In this document: piece after piece, positions 39,840 to 53,662 of the stretch
How the letters are laid out: each line of letters opens with the position of its first letter
How positions within the stretch are numbered: position 1 is the first letter of the stretch
NCBI GenBank assembly: GCA_951406725.2
Contig: OX597815.1
Location: 153,760,001 to 153,824,000, forward strand
Direction of reading: 5' to 3'
DNA length: 64,000 nt
Origin: Octopus vulgaris
Lineage: Eukaryota
Translations under genes and position numbers: made by a program
Notes under the pieces: model-generated
What the model was told of the DNA's origin: nothing
Seen by the model: only the letters and a program-made list of their open reading frames with translations
Database searches by the model: none

Positions 39840-42068
39840 ATTGTAAGTTCAAATAATGTTATATATCATATCTAGCAAACGTACCCATCCTTTGGATGGT
39901 TTAAGTTGCTTTGGTGGTATTTTTTTCGCCAAATAATTGAACTACTGAATAGGTTTATGAATAGCATGGTAGTCTATGTTTTCGATTAACCTAGGAACAG
40001 AAAACCAAATTGAAAGCTGGTTATTTTGGAGGTCATTGCACTTCAATGATCATAGAACATGTAAGTTTGCAAGCGATGTAAAGTAGAGCTACTGAAGTGT
40101 TTTGGGAGTAGATTATGGATAATGACTACAAAATATAGTTGTTTTACATGAAAGTGAAATTTCTTGTCAGAAGAAGCAACATGAATGGTGTAAGGAAATT
40201 GAAGGAAGATGTTAAAACTTCCCCTCTGCGAGTTTATTTTATTCAACAATAAAGGTAGCTATTTCTTCAGAGTGAAGTATGATTGGTATGTTAAAAAATG
40301 GCAATATACCTGCTCGAAAAAGTAGAGTTAAAGGAATGTATTTGCTACATGCTTACAGTGTATGACCACTCTGAAACTGACTTCAGGTAATGAAAAATGA
40401 AGACATGAAGAGTTTGACTTCAGTTCACGAATACTGCTTTGAATCTTTAGCAGTTTGCAGTGAAAAGATGTCATGTTGAAAGGCAGACAGATAATTGTGA
40501 AGTTGTAATGACAACAATACACAGCAATACACATATAAAAAATATATAGAAAGCAATAATATACAACTACAACATATAAATAAATAATAAATAAAAAAAT
40601 GTGAAAACAACTAAAAAAATATTCTGTAATGTAAATATACGACCATATAGATTAAAAAAGTATGGAAAACAGTTGAAAGAAATAGACAAAATCCATTCAC
40701 TTTTACAATATTCGCTAATGAAAACTCAAACTATACACACCAATACACATATCAAAAAAATATAGAAAGAACTAATACAGAATTACAACATATAAATAAA
40801 TAATGAAAAAATGTGATAAGTAAAAAATATTCTCTAATGCCAATGTATGACCATATAGATTAAAAAGGTATAGATGACCCTACATACAAAAATTATATAC
40901 ATATAATGAATTTGGATAAATCTTTTAAATTAACATAAACATTTATTTACATGAAAACAAAATGACAGCTTCCAAATCCTGTTTCCTCCTGACTGGGTCA
41001 CCATGCAGGTGGACAGTCGAAATAAATAAACAGACAAAATCCTTTCACTTTTATAAAAAGATTAAAAAAGTATGGAAGATCCTACATACAAAAAAACTAT
41101 GTCCCATTACGTCCATTTATGCAGGAGCTCTGGGCAGAATGTTATAGGGCATGACCATCCTTGGGACATAAGTGATGTGTGTGTAAGGTTTGGAGAAAAT
41201 CAGTGGAGAATTGTGGAAATGTATGTGCTACTCATTATACATGCACATACTGTGATTTATAAATACTAGATTATTAATTATATTGTCCTGCAATTTACAA
41301 ATATTTCTCTTTTAAAAGTGTTTTCTACTGACACAAAATTAAAATAAAATAAAATAATAATAATAGAAGTTATTTATGTACATTAACCTTAGAAATACAA
41401 CAAAATCGGAATCTGATAACTGATCAAGGTCCACAGAGGTTCACGTGATCCTGCTTGTCTTCGTAATGTCGGCTGTCTTGTTCAGTGATCCACTGAGAAG
41501 TGAGTGCAACAAAGCTCACTTAGCATCAAGCATGCCAACAACACACATGGTAACATTGTAACTTTGTAAGTTGATACCTGTTTGTATTTTAATCTCTCCT
41601 TTTCATTTTCATGACTCTAACAACAAATAATGTAATTAATGATTCATAATCTTGTGAACTGGTAGTGCTAATGAAATGATATGAAACTCATAAAAATAGA
41701 TAAATAGTGTATAGTGTTGCTTTTAACAATGCATGTATATTCTGATTTTTAGATTCCACATGGTGATGGACTGGTGGCGATAACGAAGTTTGTATTTCAT
41801 TCTGTAATGTACGTGGTGCTGGTGATGTCCCCAAGTGCATTATTTTGTATGTGGTACTGTGATGGTGGTAGTGATGACAGCATCTTCACCACTAATTTTT
41901 CCAATTGTATACATGGTGCATACAATCGTACTGTTAGTATTGTTTCATTTTGAAAAATAAAAAATTTATTTTATGGTTTATTATTGCTTATATTTTAAAT
42001 TACATATATATGGGGGCACCAAAATCTTTTAAGTGCTTAGGCCTTCTATGAGTCTTAATCTGGCCCTG
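39253..42068. mobile_element. Non-autonomous hAT-type element with an 8-bp TSD
   Basis: Imperfect TIRs caatgctggattaa and ttaatctggccctg. The sequence gttagcag is duplicated at 39245-39252 and 42069-42076. Confidence 0.78.
39872..41270 (-). mobile_element. Probable non-autonomous Helitron nested in the hAT-type element
   Basis: Minus-strand 5' end A|TCTAGTATTTATAAA. The 3' hairpin ccatcc-aaa-ggatgg is followed by tacgtttgCTAG. Internal direct duplications at 40530-41100. The 3' flank base is not the canonical T. Confidence 0.6.
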
Positions 42069-42869
42069 GTTAGCAGTATTATTATCTTGAGGTTTGGTGA
42101 CAACAAATCTCATCAAATTTTTGTTAGGATTCTTGTAGAATTTATGATTGAACTTTTCTGCAGGTTGACCATGTGAATCTCAGTTCCAATTTAATTCAGT
42201 GTGAGTCACAGTTCCAGTTTCCTTCAGTATGAATCTCAATTTCAATATCCTTCAAAACCATTCCATACATGTTCATATAGTGCTTGAGCATTGTTGACTT
42301 GTGAAACTATGTTGAACACTGCTATCATGTGTAGAACAGATCTGGAAGAACATCACCAGCACTTTCCTTTTGTCAAGAAGGGCAGGCTGTTTTCTCCTGT
42401 CTGGTAGCTATGGCAGATGAACAATTTCCTCTTTGGCCAATCCTTCACTGACTTTCTAAAATTCCATTTGAAAAGAGGAAGGTGAGGGTTGAAAGGGATA
42501 TGCTAACCCCTGCCCCGAGTAAATTGGCTGAAATGTGGGTGAATGCGATGAGGATAGCCTGAGAAAGTGACCAACTCTTAGTTGGCATTTTTAGGCTGAA
42601 AAGTATGGAGGAAGGTGGAGCATTTGCTATGGTACTCCAGTGAGTAGGGTAACTTGGGATCTGTGGGGTTCCTTGATTGCCCCTGTGTAGTGTTCCCTCT
42701 ATTGGATAGTTTGTTTTTTAGAATTTTCTTGTTATTCTTTTTTATATTGTTCACGTTTTCTATGTAAATCCCCAATGTATTTTGTCTGTGTATTCTCATA
42801 AATATTTTTGTGACCCTTGTGGCAAATAAAGAAAGAATTATTGTTATTATTATTATTATTATCATTATT

Positions 42870-42904
<35 letters not shown>

Positions 42905-43098
42905 TAAGATGATGGTTAAGTAGGAAAATTAAAATATTGGACCAAATGTAGAGCTCTGCCAATTACCATCCACTACCTTTCAAAAGTTATATCAAAATCA
43001 TTTATGAACTTGTAACACATACACTGAAAAGAAAATATAGTCTGAATTTTAAGTGATCCAGACAATATTCTAATACTACTTACAAATCTTATTCTTAC

Positions 43099-43650
43099 CT
43101 TGAAAACACGTGTTGCAAGACGGCACTGAAGCTCAGAAATTGGCAGAAGTGCTCCAATAGGTTGTACAAAACCAATTAAAGCCAAAGTAGGTTTCTCAAG
43201 GTCAGGTGGGAAAATGTATTTGAATAAATGAAAATTATTTTTTTCTGTATCAAGAATTGATTTTGCAATGAAAGGTATTTTAATGTCATAACCAGTTGCA
43301 AGAATTATTGTATCAATGTTATCTTCAAAAGTGCCATCAACAAACTGAATTCCATTCTCTGTTATTTCTTGAACATCTGGCTTTATAATTACAGAATGCG
43401 TAATTATTTTGTTAGGAAGCAAATCATTTACTGTCGGGTGCTGGCTTTGAAATGAATGTTTAGGTTTTATTGAATATAGTGCATGGTCGAAACGCTGATT
43501 CAGTTTCCATTCAGCTAATGTATTGCCAACTGATGGTGCTAATTTCATTACGGTGTTTAGAAATCTTTTCTGAATGAACATATCTATAGGATAACCTTTA
43601 TCTGCCACTCGATTGATTACCCATGCTCCATGTCTTGTACTTAGATATGT
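43099..43650 (-). CDS. FMO coding exon 3 (184 codons)
   Basis: Acceptor tatttcag|ACA and donor AAG|GTAAG. Encodes TYLSTRHGAWV...HPTVND...IILATGY...ELQCRLATRVFK, which are typical FMO motifs. Confidence 0.95.
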
Positions 43651-44850
43651 CTGAAATATAATGGAATGTCAGTTTAAAACATCAAACATTAGAAATTACA
43701 TCATATTTATATAATCTGATATTCATACAAATTTCAAGAGAATACAAAAATAAGTCATTTTCAACTAAATCCAATTCATATACTGTTAACAACACCTGAA
43801 CAAAGTACAAAGGTAAGTGATTTTAAGATACTTTGTCTAAAAATATCAAAACTACCTTTCAGAATTAGCTTCTTTGCTTTTCCCATTTATTTCCTATACA
43901 TACTATTTTACTGAACCCAACCAACCTTCATTCTGTATATATGCTATTTCACAATATCCTGAACATTCACCTTATACATATGCTATTTCACTGACCTGAA
44001 CATTCAACCTTTCACTAACTTAACTTTCATTCTCTACATGTGCTATATCACCAACAAGCTTAACCTTCATTTCCCGTATATTCACTGTTTCACTGACCTC
44101 CAAAGATATGCTACTTTATTGAATCAAAATTTGCTGGAAATATAATTATTCCTGTTTGGAATAATTAGGATATAAACAAGACAGTTTGGACTGAAAGTTC
44201 TTCATTGTTTTACTTTACAAAAATCAGGAAAAATACATTTTTGATAGTCTGCTAATAAACTTTGAGAACTTTAATTCTCAACAACAAAATCATTAACAAG
44301 CAAGTATATTGTGGAGTAATTAGTAAAATGTATTTCACTGGTGCATGATTTGATTTATATTAATGTGTTTATTATAACTAGTAGTGGTGTAATGGTTTAT
44401 TGCTTTTCAAAGAATCAATCTGGGTTCAACTCCTGGCTGACCCAACCTAATAACATTGTCAATAACATCTAACTGAGCAAACATTTGGTGAAGAACATTC
44501 CAGCAGAGACCAGTTCCTCTCATTTTCATACATAGTGTATCTAGGACTACATTATTTAATGTGTCCATTTTTCAAGGCAGTAGAGTGTGAGATGAAGTTG
44601 TTTGATTGCTTTTTCAAACAGGTCAAGTATAGAGGTTCCCTAGTTAGCTTGGTACAGTAATATTTTGTGATGGGTGATGCTCCAGCATGGGTACATCCAA
44701 CTGGTTGTACTTATATACACATTTCCACTTCAATAATGGAACTGCAAATACAATATCCTTATGTATCTTACTTCTATATTCATTCACTTATTTCCCTGTG
44801 CATTTCATATCTTCTCTACAATAATTAATACTCAAACTTATTCTTGCGCT

Positions 44851-44898
44851 GTCTCTGATGAAAGGATATATAAAATATCCTAGAAACAGCTGTAAGAC
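44851..44898 (+). ncRNA. Type I hammerhead ribozyme (antisense to FMO intron 2)
   Basis: gtct-CTGATGA-a-aggatat ataaa atatcct-a-GAAA-cagctg-TA-agac. It is followed about 60 nt later by (TA)n. Confidence 0.75.
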
Positions 44899-45179
44899 CT
44901 TTTCTTGATAAATGTTATGAAATCTATTTACTACCTTGTTTTTTTTTATTTCATTATGTCAATATATATATATATATGTAAGTTCAGTAAAATTTAGATT
45001 CAGATGAATATGGTACTTAAGTTGAAGGCACCAGAATTTACTATAGTATTATCCATATAATTTAAAATAAGGTGATTATAATCAAAATAAGCAACAAGGA
45101 TATTTATTTTTATATATATATACATAAATACATACATATATATGTATATATATGTGTGTGTATATATATATATATATAT

Positions 45180-46293
45180 GTACCAGTGCCGGTGGCACAC
45201 AAGAGAAAACCATCCGAAAGTGGCCGTAGCCAGTACCGCATCGACTGGCCTCCGTGCTGTGGGCACATGACAAACACCATCCGATCGTGGCCGTTCGCCA
45301 GCCTCATCTAGCACCTGTGTCGGTGGCACATAAAAACACCATCCGAAGACCCGGCAAGACTAGTCAGGCCATAACCCATGGCCCCTACCTGGGACGTAGT
45401 CAGTCCACCTGTGCATTCCTTCCTTCTTGTGACACTTGTGAAGACCTGTTGAGGCAAGTGAAAATCAAAATCAAAATCAAAACAAATCAAAATAGATGAA
45501 CATCAATGGAATCTGTATCTTTGTGGTACCAGTGCCGGTGGCACACAAGAGAACCATCCGAACGTGGCCGTAGCCAGTTCCGCATCGACCGGCCTCCGTG
45601 CTGTGGGCACGTAACAAACACCATCCGATCATGGCCGTTCGCCAGCCTCATCTGGCACCTGTGTCGGTGGCACATAAAAACACCTTCCGAAGACCCGGCA
45701 AGACTAGTCAGTCCACCTGTGCATACCTTCCTTCTTGTGACACTTGTGAAGACCTGTTGAGGCAAGTGAAAATCAAATCAAAACAAATCAAAATAGATGA
45801 ACATCAATGGAATTTGTATCTTTGAGGTACTGGTCAGTGCCGGTGGCACGTGGCACACAAGAAAACCATCCGAACGTGGCCGTAGCCAGTACCGCATCGA
45901 CTTGCCTCCGTGCTGTGGGCACGTAACAAGCACCTTCCGATCGTGGCCGTTTGCCAGCCTCATCTGGCACCTGTGTCGGTGGCACATAAAAACACCATCC
46001 GAGCGTGGCCGTCTGCCAGCCTCGTCTGGCACCTGTGTCGGTGGCACATAAAAAACACCATCCGAGCGTGGCCGTTTGCCAGCCTCGTCTGGCACCTGTG
46101 TCGGTGGCACATAAAATCACCCACTACACTCTCGGAGTGGTTGGCGTTAGGAAGGGCATCCAGCTGTAGAAACACTGCCAGATCTGACTGGACTGGTGCA
46201 GCTTTCGGGCTCCCCAGACCCCAGTTGAACCGTCCAACCCATGCTAGCATGGAAAGCGGACGTTAAATGATGATGATGATGATGATGATGATG
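45180..46293 (+). repeat. Modular tandem array (~300-350 bp units with ~60-bp subunits) attached to an RTE-like SINE/LINE tail ending in (GAT)n
   Basis: Three copies of cagtgccggtggcac...ccgtgctgtgggcac..., then repeats of caccatccgagcgtggccgt...ggcacataaaa, then ggttggcgttaggaagggcatccagc...(gat)n. Confidence 0.85.
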
Positions 46294-46327
<34 letters not shown>

Positions 46328-47108
46328 TTGTACATATATATGCATTATTATTATCTGTATGATAAGTAGTAGCCATATTAATGCTATATAACTCTTGTAC
46401 TATAAACCAACAGTCTGTGCTCTTTTCTTACTGGGTGTGGAGGAAGTGGCAGTGTCTATGGCTTTCACAGGTCCTTGTAAACTGTTGAAATTGATACCAT
46501 TAACATTACCCTTGAAACTTTCCTGTTAGAAAGACATGAGTAGGGAGAGAATTCCAGATAGCAGATTTTTGGAGAAAGAAAAATTGAGCAGAGTAATTAG
46601 TGCAGGGCTGGCTATGGTGTCAAGGTACACATGACAAAAGGGATAAGAGAAGCAGAAGTGATACAGGAATGCCTGAGTGGAGACAGCATCAGCCCAGTCA
46701 GCTCCAAGGAGTAGAGACCCGAATAGTATCAATAGAAAAGACACATTGATGCCATATCTTAACAGCTATACCGAATATACTGTATTTGATAGCATGAATA
46801 ACATATGATCATACCAAATGTACCCCAATTTCAGCAGCATATATTTACGAAAAAAGATTTTTTGGTGTATTAATCCTTTTGTTACTGAATTCCTGCTAAA
46901 ATACACTGTTTGTTTTGATTAATTTTGATAATAATTAAGAATTTAGTAAAATAACTTGATCATTATTAAACTGGAGTTTGGAACATAAATTAATGTGAAA
47001 TTCTTATGGAAGTTTTTAATTCAGTTCACTTAAAAATAAAAAGTTTGCATCATAGATCCAGAGGCAGTTTTAGGCAGTTTGGTATTAAAAGTGTTAAAGT
47101 ATATAATA

Positions 47109-47301
47109 CGAGGGGGAGCTGGAAAGTTCCTGGCTTTTGGTAAAATTAGAAGTTTATTCAACATATTCCTCTCTCAGATTCACACACTTATTGCAGTGGT
47201 CCTTCAGTTTTTCTAAGCTCTGTTAAAGAACTTGGAAGGTTAGGCCTCCAACCAGGTCTTTCAAGATACCCTTAAAGCCAGGAACTTTTCAGCACTCCCC
47301 G
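47109..47301. mobile_element. Mariner-derived MITE (193 bp)
   Basis: ta|cgagggggagctggaaagttcctggcttt pairs with aaagccaggaacttttcagcactccccg|ta. Confidence 0.85.
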
Positions 47302-48509
47302 TATAGGTCCAACTTCACACAAAGGACCTGGGGGATTTCTGGAGAAAAAGAGCATCTTACAGGCCATCAAATATGGTATATGTATTATGAATAACAACCA
47401 TATTGCTACAAAGGCTGTAATGTCCCTATGACTGTAATATCAATAAGGTTGAGGTTTATGTAGCAGTTGGTTTTACAGTGTTTTCCTTTTGGGGAATATT
47501 TTTCTATTTTCACAAAAATATTTCTCTCTCATATACAGCGATGATGAAATAATTCGATAATGGTGATATGGAAGGTGGTGAGCTGGCAGAATCATTAGCA
47601 TGCTTAGTGGCATTTCATATGTCTTTACATTCTGAGTTCAAATTCCACCAAGGTCAACTTTGCCTTTCATCCTTTCAGGGTTGATTAAATAAGTATCAGT
47701 TAAACACTGGAGTTGATATAATCAATTTACCTTCTCTTCCCAAAATTACTGGCCTTAAGCCAAAATTTTAAATCAATAATGAAAATATGAATAAATTCTA
47801 AAACATTTTGATTCTACACTTCTGAAATATGTTGAAATTTAATGCTGATATTGGAATGATTTTTCATGGCTTTGTGATTTTTAGAACAAATGCTGTAGTC
47901 TTTCCTTATACTACTGTGCTAAGTGGCAGAGTACAAAGAGAGGGTCAAGAGAACCCTTTTACTCTTTTGAGGCCACAGGAACATCTCTAATGCTGGTGTC
48001 AAAACAAAATGTACTCAGTACATTCCCTAATGTGGTTGGTGTTAGGAAAAGCATTCAACCATAGAAAGCAAGCCAAATTTGAAATGTATGAGTAAGATGT
48101 GCTGATCTACCAAATTTTTCATCTTTTATCCTTTACTTGTCTCATTCATTGAACTGTGGCCATGCTGGGGCACCATTTTGATGGATTTTAGCTGAGTGAA
48201 TCCACAACCAGTATTTATTTTTTAAAGTCTGGTATATATTTTATTGGTCTCTTACACAGAACTGCTAAGTCAAGGGGATGTAAACAAACCAACAGCACTT
48301 GTCAAGTAGTGATGAGGGACAAACAGACACAGACATGCACAGATACATACATATACATGTATATGACAGGCTTCTTTTAGTTTCCATCTAATAAATCCAC
48401 TCACAAGTATAAGATATTTGCCCAAGGTGTCACACAGTGAGACTGAACCAAGAACAATATGGTTAGGAAGCAAACTTCCCACCACACAGCGCCACACCGA
48501 TACCTATGA

Positions 48510-48995
48510 CATCATCATCATTTAGTGTCTGCTTTCCATGCTGACACAGGTTAGATGGGTGCTTTTTACGTGCCAGTTATGTGACACCAGCATTGGCCAT
48601 GACTACGATTTCACTCGGCTTCACCGGTCTTCTCAAGCATAGCATATTGCCAAAGGTCTCGGTCACTTGTCATTGCCTCTGTGAAGCCCAATGTTCAAAG
48701 ATCATGTTTCACCATCTTGTTCCATGTCCTCTTGGGTCTACCTCTTCAACAGGTTCCCGCCACAGTTAGAGACTGGCACTTTTTTACACAACTGTCTTCA
48801 TCCACATGCATCACATGACCATACCAGTGCAGTCTTCTCTCTTGCACACCACATCTGAAGACTCTTATGCCCAACTTTTCTCTCAAGATGCTTACACTCT
48901 GTTGTACATGCACACTGACATTGCACGTCCAGTAAAGCATAATAGCTTCACTTCTTTCAAGCCTATGCATGTCCTCAGTGGTCACAGTCCATGTT
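48510..48995 (-). mobile_element. RTE-clade LINE 3' fragment
   Basis: RLERSEAIMLYW...LREKLGI...VQERRLHWYGHVMH is typical of the RTE RT C-terminus. A (GAT)n-type tail follows. Confidence 0.8.
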
Positions 48996-49302
48996 TGTTA
49001 TTAAAACAAAAATTATAGTTGTTTAAAAATTTCAAATTTTTTGAAAAAGATAATTTAAAAGCTAATTTTTAAAAATTATTCTGTCAAATGCAATACTTAT
49101 TTATTTACGTTATTTTGGATTAATCTTATAGCTTGACATTTTGATGATGCAATTATTTATTTTTAGAATGACATTGTAGGGTAGGTGTGAAAGGTTGGAT
49201 CTAACCAGTTTGAACATAAAACTGAAACAATATTTTGGTCAGATATTAGTGGCTTAAACACTAAATGGTTAAATTTAAAATAAAGAAATATACAAGACTT
49301 AC

Positions 49303-49602
49303 TTGGGCTGTGGTATTAGAGACTTCAACAGCAATATCACCACCAGAATTTCCAAAACCTATTACAACAACTCTCTTGTCTTCATAACCCTTACTGTGTT
49401 TGTAGAGCTGAGAATGAATTACTTGTCCTTTGAACTTTTCAATGCCAGGAAATGATGGGATTTTTGGAGCAGCATGATGCCCAGTACAAACTAGGACACC
49501 ATCAAATGTAGCGACATTTTCTTTACCTGATTTGCAGTTTCTAGTGTACACTTTCCATTGACCAGAAGCGGTAAAATCATCAGATTTTTCGACTTTCGTG
49601 AC
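49303..49602 (-). CDS. FMO coding exon 2 (100 codons)
   Basis: Acceptor ctaaacag|GTC and donor CAA|GTAAGT. Encodes VLVCTGHH, the FMO signature FxGxxxHxxxYK ([12 protein letters not shown]) and the NADPH-binding GFGNSG. Confidence 0.95.
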
Positions 49603-50345
49603 CTGTTTAGATTGGATAAAAGAAAAATTGAAATATTACCAATGCACCAGTCAAAGAAGTAAACTATATGAAGTCATTCAGCCAGTTAGAAATAACTAAA
49701 CCTCCATCTAATATAAATGGCACTCTGTTCATTATGATGACAAGGATTCCAGTTCAATGGAACAACCTGCTTGTAAAGAAATACAGGTACTACTCATTTT
49801 TGGCAGCTGAGTGAACTGGAGCAATGTGAAATAAAGTGTCTTGCTCAAGGACACAACATGTCACAAGGAACTGAACTCACGACCTTACGATTGTGAGTCG
49901 AATACCCTAACCACTAAGCCATCCAGTATGCTAAGGATTCTGCCAGCTCACCACCTCAAAAATAATAGTAATAATAATGATAATAATAATAATAATAGTT
50001 TCAAATTTTGCCACAAGGGCAGCCATTTTGGGGGAGGGGATAAGTTGATTACATCAACCCCCAGTATTTCACTGGTACTCATTGTATCGACCCCGAAAAG
50101 ATGAAAGGCAAAGTCAATCTTCATGGAATTTGAACTCAGAATGTAGCGGCAGACAAAATACCACTGAGCATTTTATCCAGCAAGCTAAGGATTCTGCCAG
50201 TATTTCACTGGTACTCATTGTATCGACCCCGAAAAGATGAAAGGCAAAGTCAATCTTCGTGGAATTTGAACTCAGAACTTGGCAGCAGACAAAATACCAC
50301 TAAGCATTTTATCCAGCAAGCTAAGGATTCTGCCAGCTCACCACC

Positions 50346-50385
<40 letters not shown>

Positions 50386-51641
50386 TATGGTTGTGATGCA
50401 TGTGCCTGGTGTACCCTTATCAGACGGGTAGTCATGATGGGTACACTGGGCTTCGTATATTTTACCCCAGTGCCACTTTGATGGCATGAACTGCTCTCTC
50501 ACAAGTCTGGTGCAGGCTCCTGTCAAAAACTCCAACCCATGCCAGCATGGAAGGCAGATATTAAACAATGATGATGACGAGGGCCACAAGTTTCGAAAGA
50601 CTATCCAGTTGGCTGACACCAATATTTGGATGGTACTGATGTTAAAGACTCCTTAGAATGGTGAAAGGTAATGTTGACCTCAGAAGAAACTGATCTCACA
50701 ATATAAAGGAATGTAATTAAATATACAATCTATTTCACCCATCGCTCTATCAGTTCTTCTCAATATAATACTGGCAATGATTAGAATTATATTAGCCTTA
50801 CACAGTAACAACTTTCTCACATGTTTCTATTTCAGAGCAGGGCTTTGTTCATTAAGTCAGAACTCACATCTTGCAACAGCGAAATGCAATTTATTTTACG
50901 GAAGTCTAATAACTAACTTTGCCAATACAAGTCATCACAACTGTTCATGGATTTTAGATTTTTCATTTTTTTTTCTTATTAACATAAAAGCAGTTTGCTT
51001 GTTTCATTTTTTTTCGTGAAGATGGAAGATCAATTTTCCAACAGGTTTCTATAAAACTAAGTTCATTTAAAACAAATAGTGTTTGTCTTTTTATTTTTCA
51101 GATGAATAATTTACCAGCTGAGGCTCTATCTACTGTAGAGTCTAATGAACCAATGTTTATTCATGGGAAGATAACTTTAATGTATCAAAGTAAATTTGGT
51201 GCAAAAGATTAAGAAAGAAAGCACTGAAGAATCTGTGATGAACTCTGATAACTCACACATTTATGGAGTGTGTGTGCGTGCGAGTACTGTGTGTGTCCCA
51301 GGTTTGAGAATAAGTAAAATGTGTCTGCATCTTCTAAGAAGTTATTAAAGAGCTGATGATAAAACAATGTCCCAGGAAACATGACCAACACATGCCATGC
51401 CAGTATGGAAATATAACTGTAAAATAATGACACTACTACTGCTGATGATATTTATGTGTGTGTGTGTGTGTATGTGTTTACACACATGTTCATCATTTTC
51501 TAGTTTCAGCTCAAGAGCTATGGCCATGCTATGGCTACTACAAAAATGTATATGTACAACCACACAAATATATATACACACACACACACAGACATATATA
51601 GACACATACATACCCACACACACACATATATATATATATAT

Positions 51642-51682
<41 letters not shown>

Positions 51683-53094
51683 TACATAATATATATATAT
51701 ATATACATCATCATTATCATCATCATCATCATCATCATCGTTTAACGTCTGCTTTCCATGCTACCAGGGGTTGGATGATTTGACTGAGGACTGGTGAACC
51801 AGATGGCTGCACCAGTCTCCAATCTTGATCTGGCAGAGTTTCTACAGCTGGATGCCCTTCCTAATGCCAACACATATATATATGTGTATAGATAAATATA
51901 CATATATAGATATATATATACACACATGTGTGAAAATATATATATATAGGCACAGGCATGGCTGTGTGGTGAGAAGCTTGCTTACCAACCACATGGTTCT
52001 GGGTTCAGTCCCACTGTATGACACCATATATATCTACACAAAAAAGGATATGTTATAATACTATTCCACAGGCATACCAACAATCCAACATACATCAATC
52101 ATCAGCTGCCCCACAGATAGCATTATGGTTTTGACACCTGAGCAGTACCATTCAATCCAGCGGTGTCAACAGCACTAGAATAAGTGTTGTTTGGGAATAA
52201 ACAAACCAAAGAAACCACAACTTTCAGTAAATAAATTCAATAAGTAAATTACAACCAGCATCTAAATACATAACCAAACAGTGACCAATCCCTTAAGTCA
52301 TACAAGCATTATAATCCTTATGATCTTCTGTAGTATAATATAAAAGTGAAAGCTTAATAACCACAATCAATCAATTAATTTATAGGCAGGATTAAACACT
52401 AACTTTAATAAACTACAACAAACAAACATGCAAACCAATATACATTGCATCTGTATATATATATATATATAAGGCAGGATGTGTGTGTGTGTACATGATT
52501 GTAGTTTATGCACATCCACAAATTAGCACGCATGTCGCTCAAATTTTAAGAGAATATTCGTCACGACCTTAGCTGTATTTTCATCAAATTATTTTCCCCT
52601 GAGGCACCCGCGAATAGCGGTAAATAATTTTGAGCCATAACTTCAATTTTCATGGTGGAGAAATCCACTGTAGTGACGTCATTATTATTTACAAAACATG
52701 AGTTAAGTCCCCTTCTAGCGATGGTGTAAAGAGAGGGAGGGAGAGGGAGAGAGAGAGAGAGATTGTGACCAATCTTTAAGTTCATACAAATAATAATCCC
52801 ACCAGTCTTCCATAGGTACTACTATAATAAAAGTTAAGGCTTTATATAATTCTCTCCAAAATAAAACAAACATGATTGAAATTAATTTAACTAATAATAT
52901 ATTAATTATGAGTGAAATACATTATTTCATCATTCAAAAGTTAATAATAAAACACTACATACTCATTAATATATCACCACTACATGCTATAATATTAAAT
53001 TACCAGTAACTAATAGAAACATTAAATTTTATTAAATAGGAACTAATAAAAGTACTTGTAATTAACTATTATTACAAAACCTTGTTGTTTAAAG

Positions 53095-53134
<40 letters not shown>

Positions 53135-53318
53135 TAGTTGAATGAATTATCCTAGTATGGATAATTCGGTTAACCGATACCTGGGTAGCAAATTCATGTC
53201 AGAAAACACGGTTGAAGCTACATGCCAAGGGCAGAGATCACGTGCTTTCATGTGTTTTTTTTACTATAAATAAATGAAAGAATGGAGTTGAACGACGATT
53301 TTAACAAAATTCCTTTAT

Positions 53319-53398
53319 TCTCGACATATGTTTCGAAGACTGCATATTCCTAATTCCGAAGGAATAAGGGTGCATTATGCCGCCTTCTCATCAGGAAA
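53319..53398 (-). ncRNA. Type I hammerhead ribozyme, left arm of the palindrome (sense to FMO pre-mRNA)
   Basis: Reverse-complement copy of 53540-53620 with an intact core. Confidence 0.8.
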
Positions 53399-53539
53399 GA
53401 CAAGGAACTTATGTCAGCATCATGACGAACAAAAATTTTTAGATGACTGCCCACACGGAGTCCATTATTACTATGGACTCCGTGTGGGCAGTCATATAAA
53501 AATTTTTGTTCGTCATGATGCTGACATAAGTTCCTTGTC

Positions 53540-53620
53540 TTTCCTGATGAGAAGGCGGCATAATGCACCCCTTATTCCTTCGGAATTAGGAATATGCAGT
53601 CTTCGAAACATATGTCGAGA
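53540..53620 (+). ncRNA. Type I hammerhead ribozyme, right arm of the palindrome
   Basis: tttc-CTGATGA-gaag...cttc-GAAA-catatg-TC-gaga. Stem III is the palindrome acatatgt. Confidence 0.8.
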
Positions 53621-53662
53621 ATAAAGGAATTTTGTTAAATCGTCGTTCAACTCCATTCTTTC

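Noticed and set aside
45180-46115. CRISPR-like repeat array
   Set aside because: The units are contiguous with no unique spacers, there are no cas genes and the context is eukaryotic.
52450-53100. Possible non-autonomous Helitron (TC...tatataaggcag start)
   Set aside because: No clear 3' hairpin plus CTRR end was found.
53328-53624. Two near-identical ORFs on opposite strands
   Set aside because: A consequence of the palindrome, with no protein motif.
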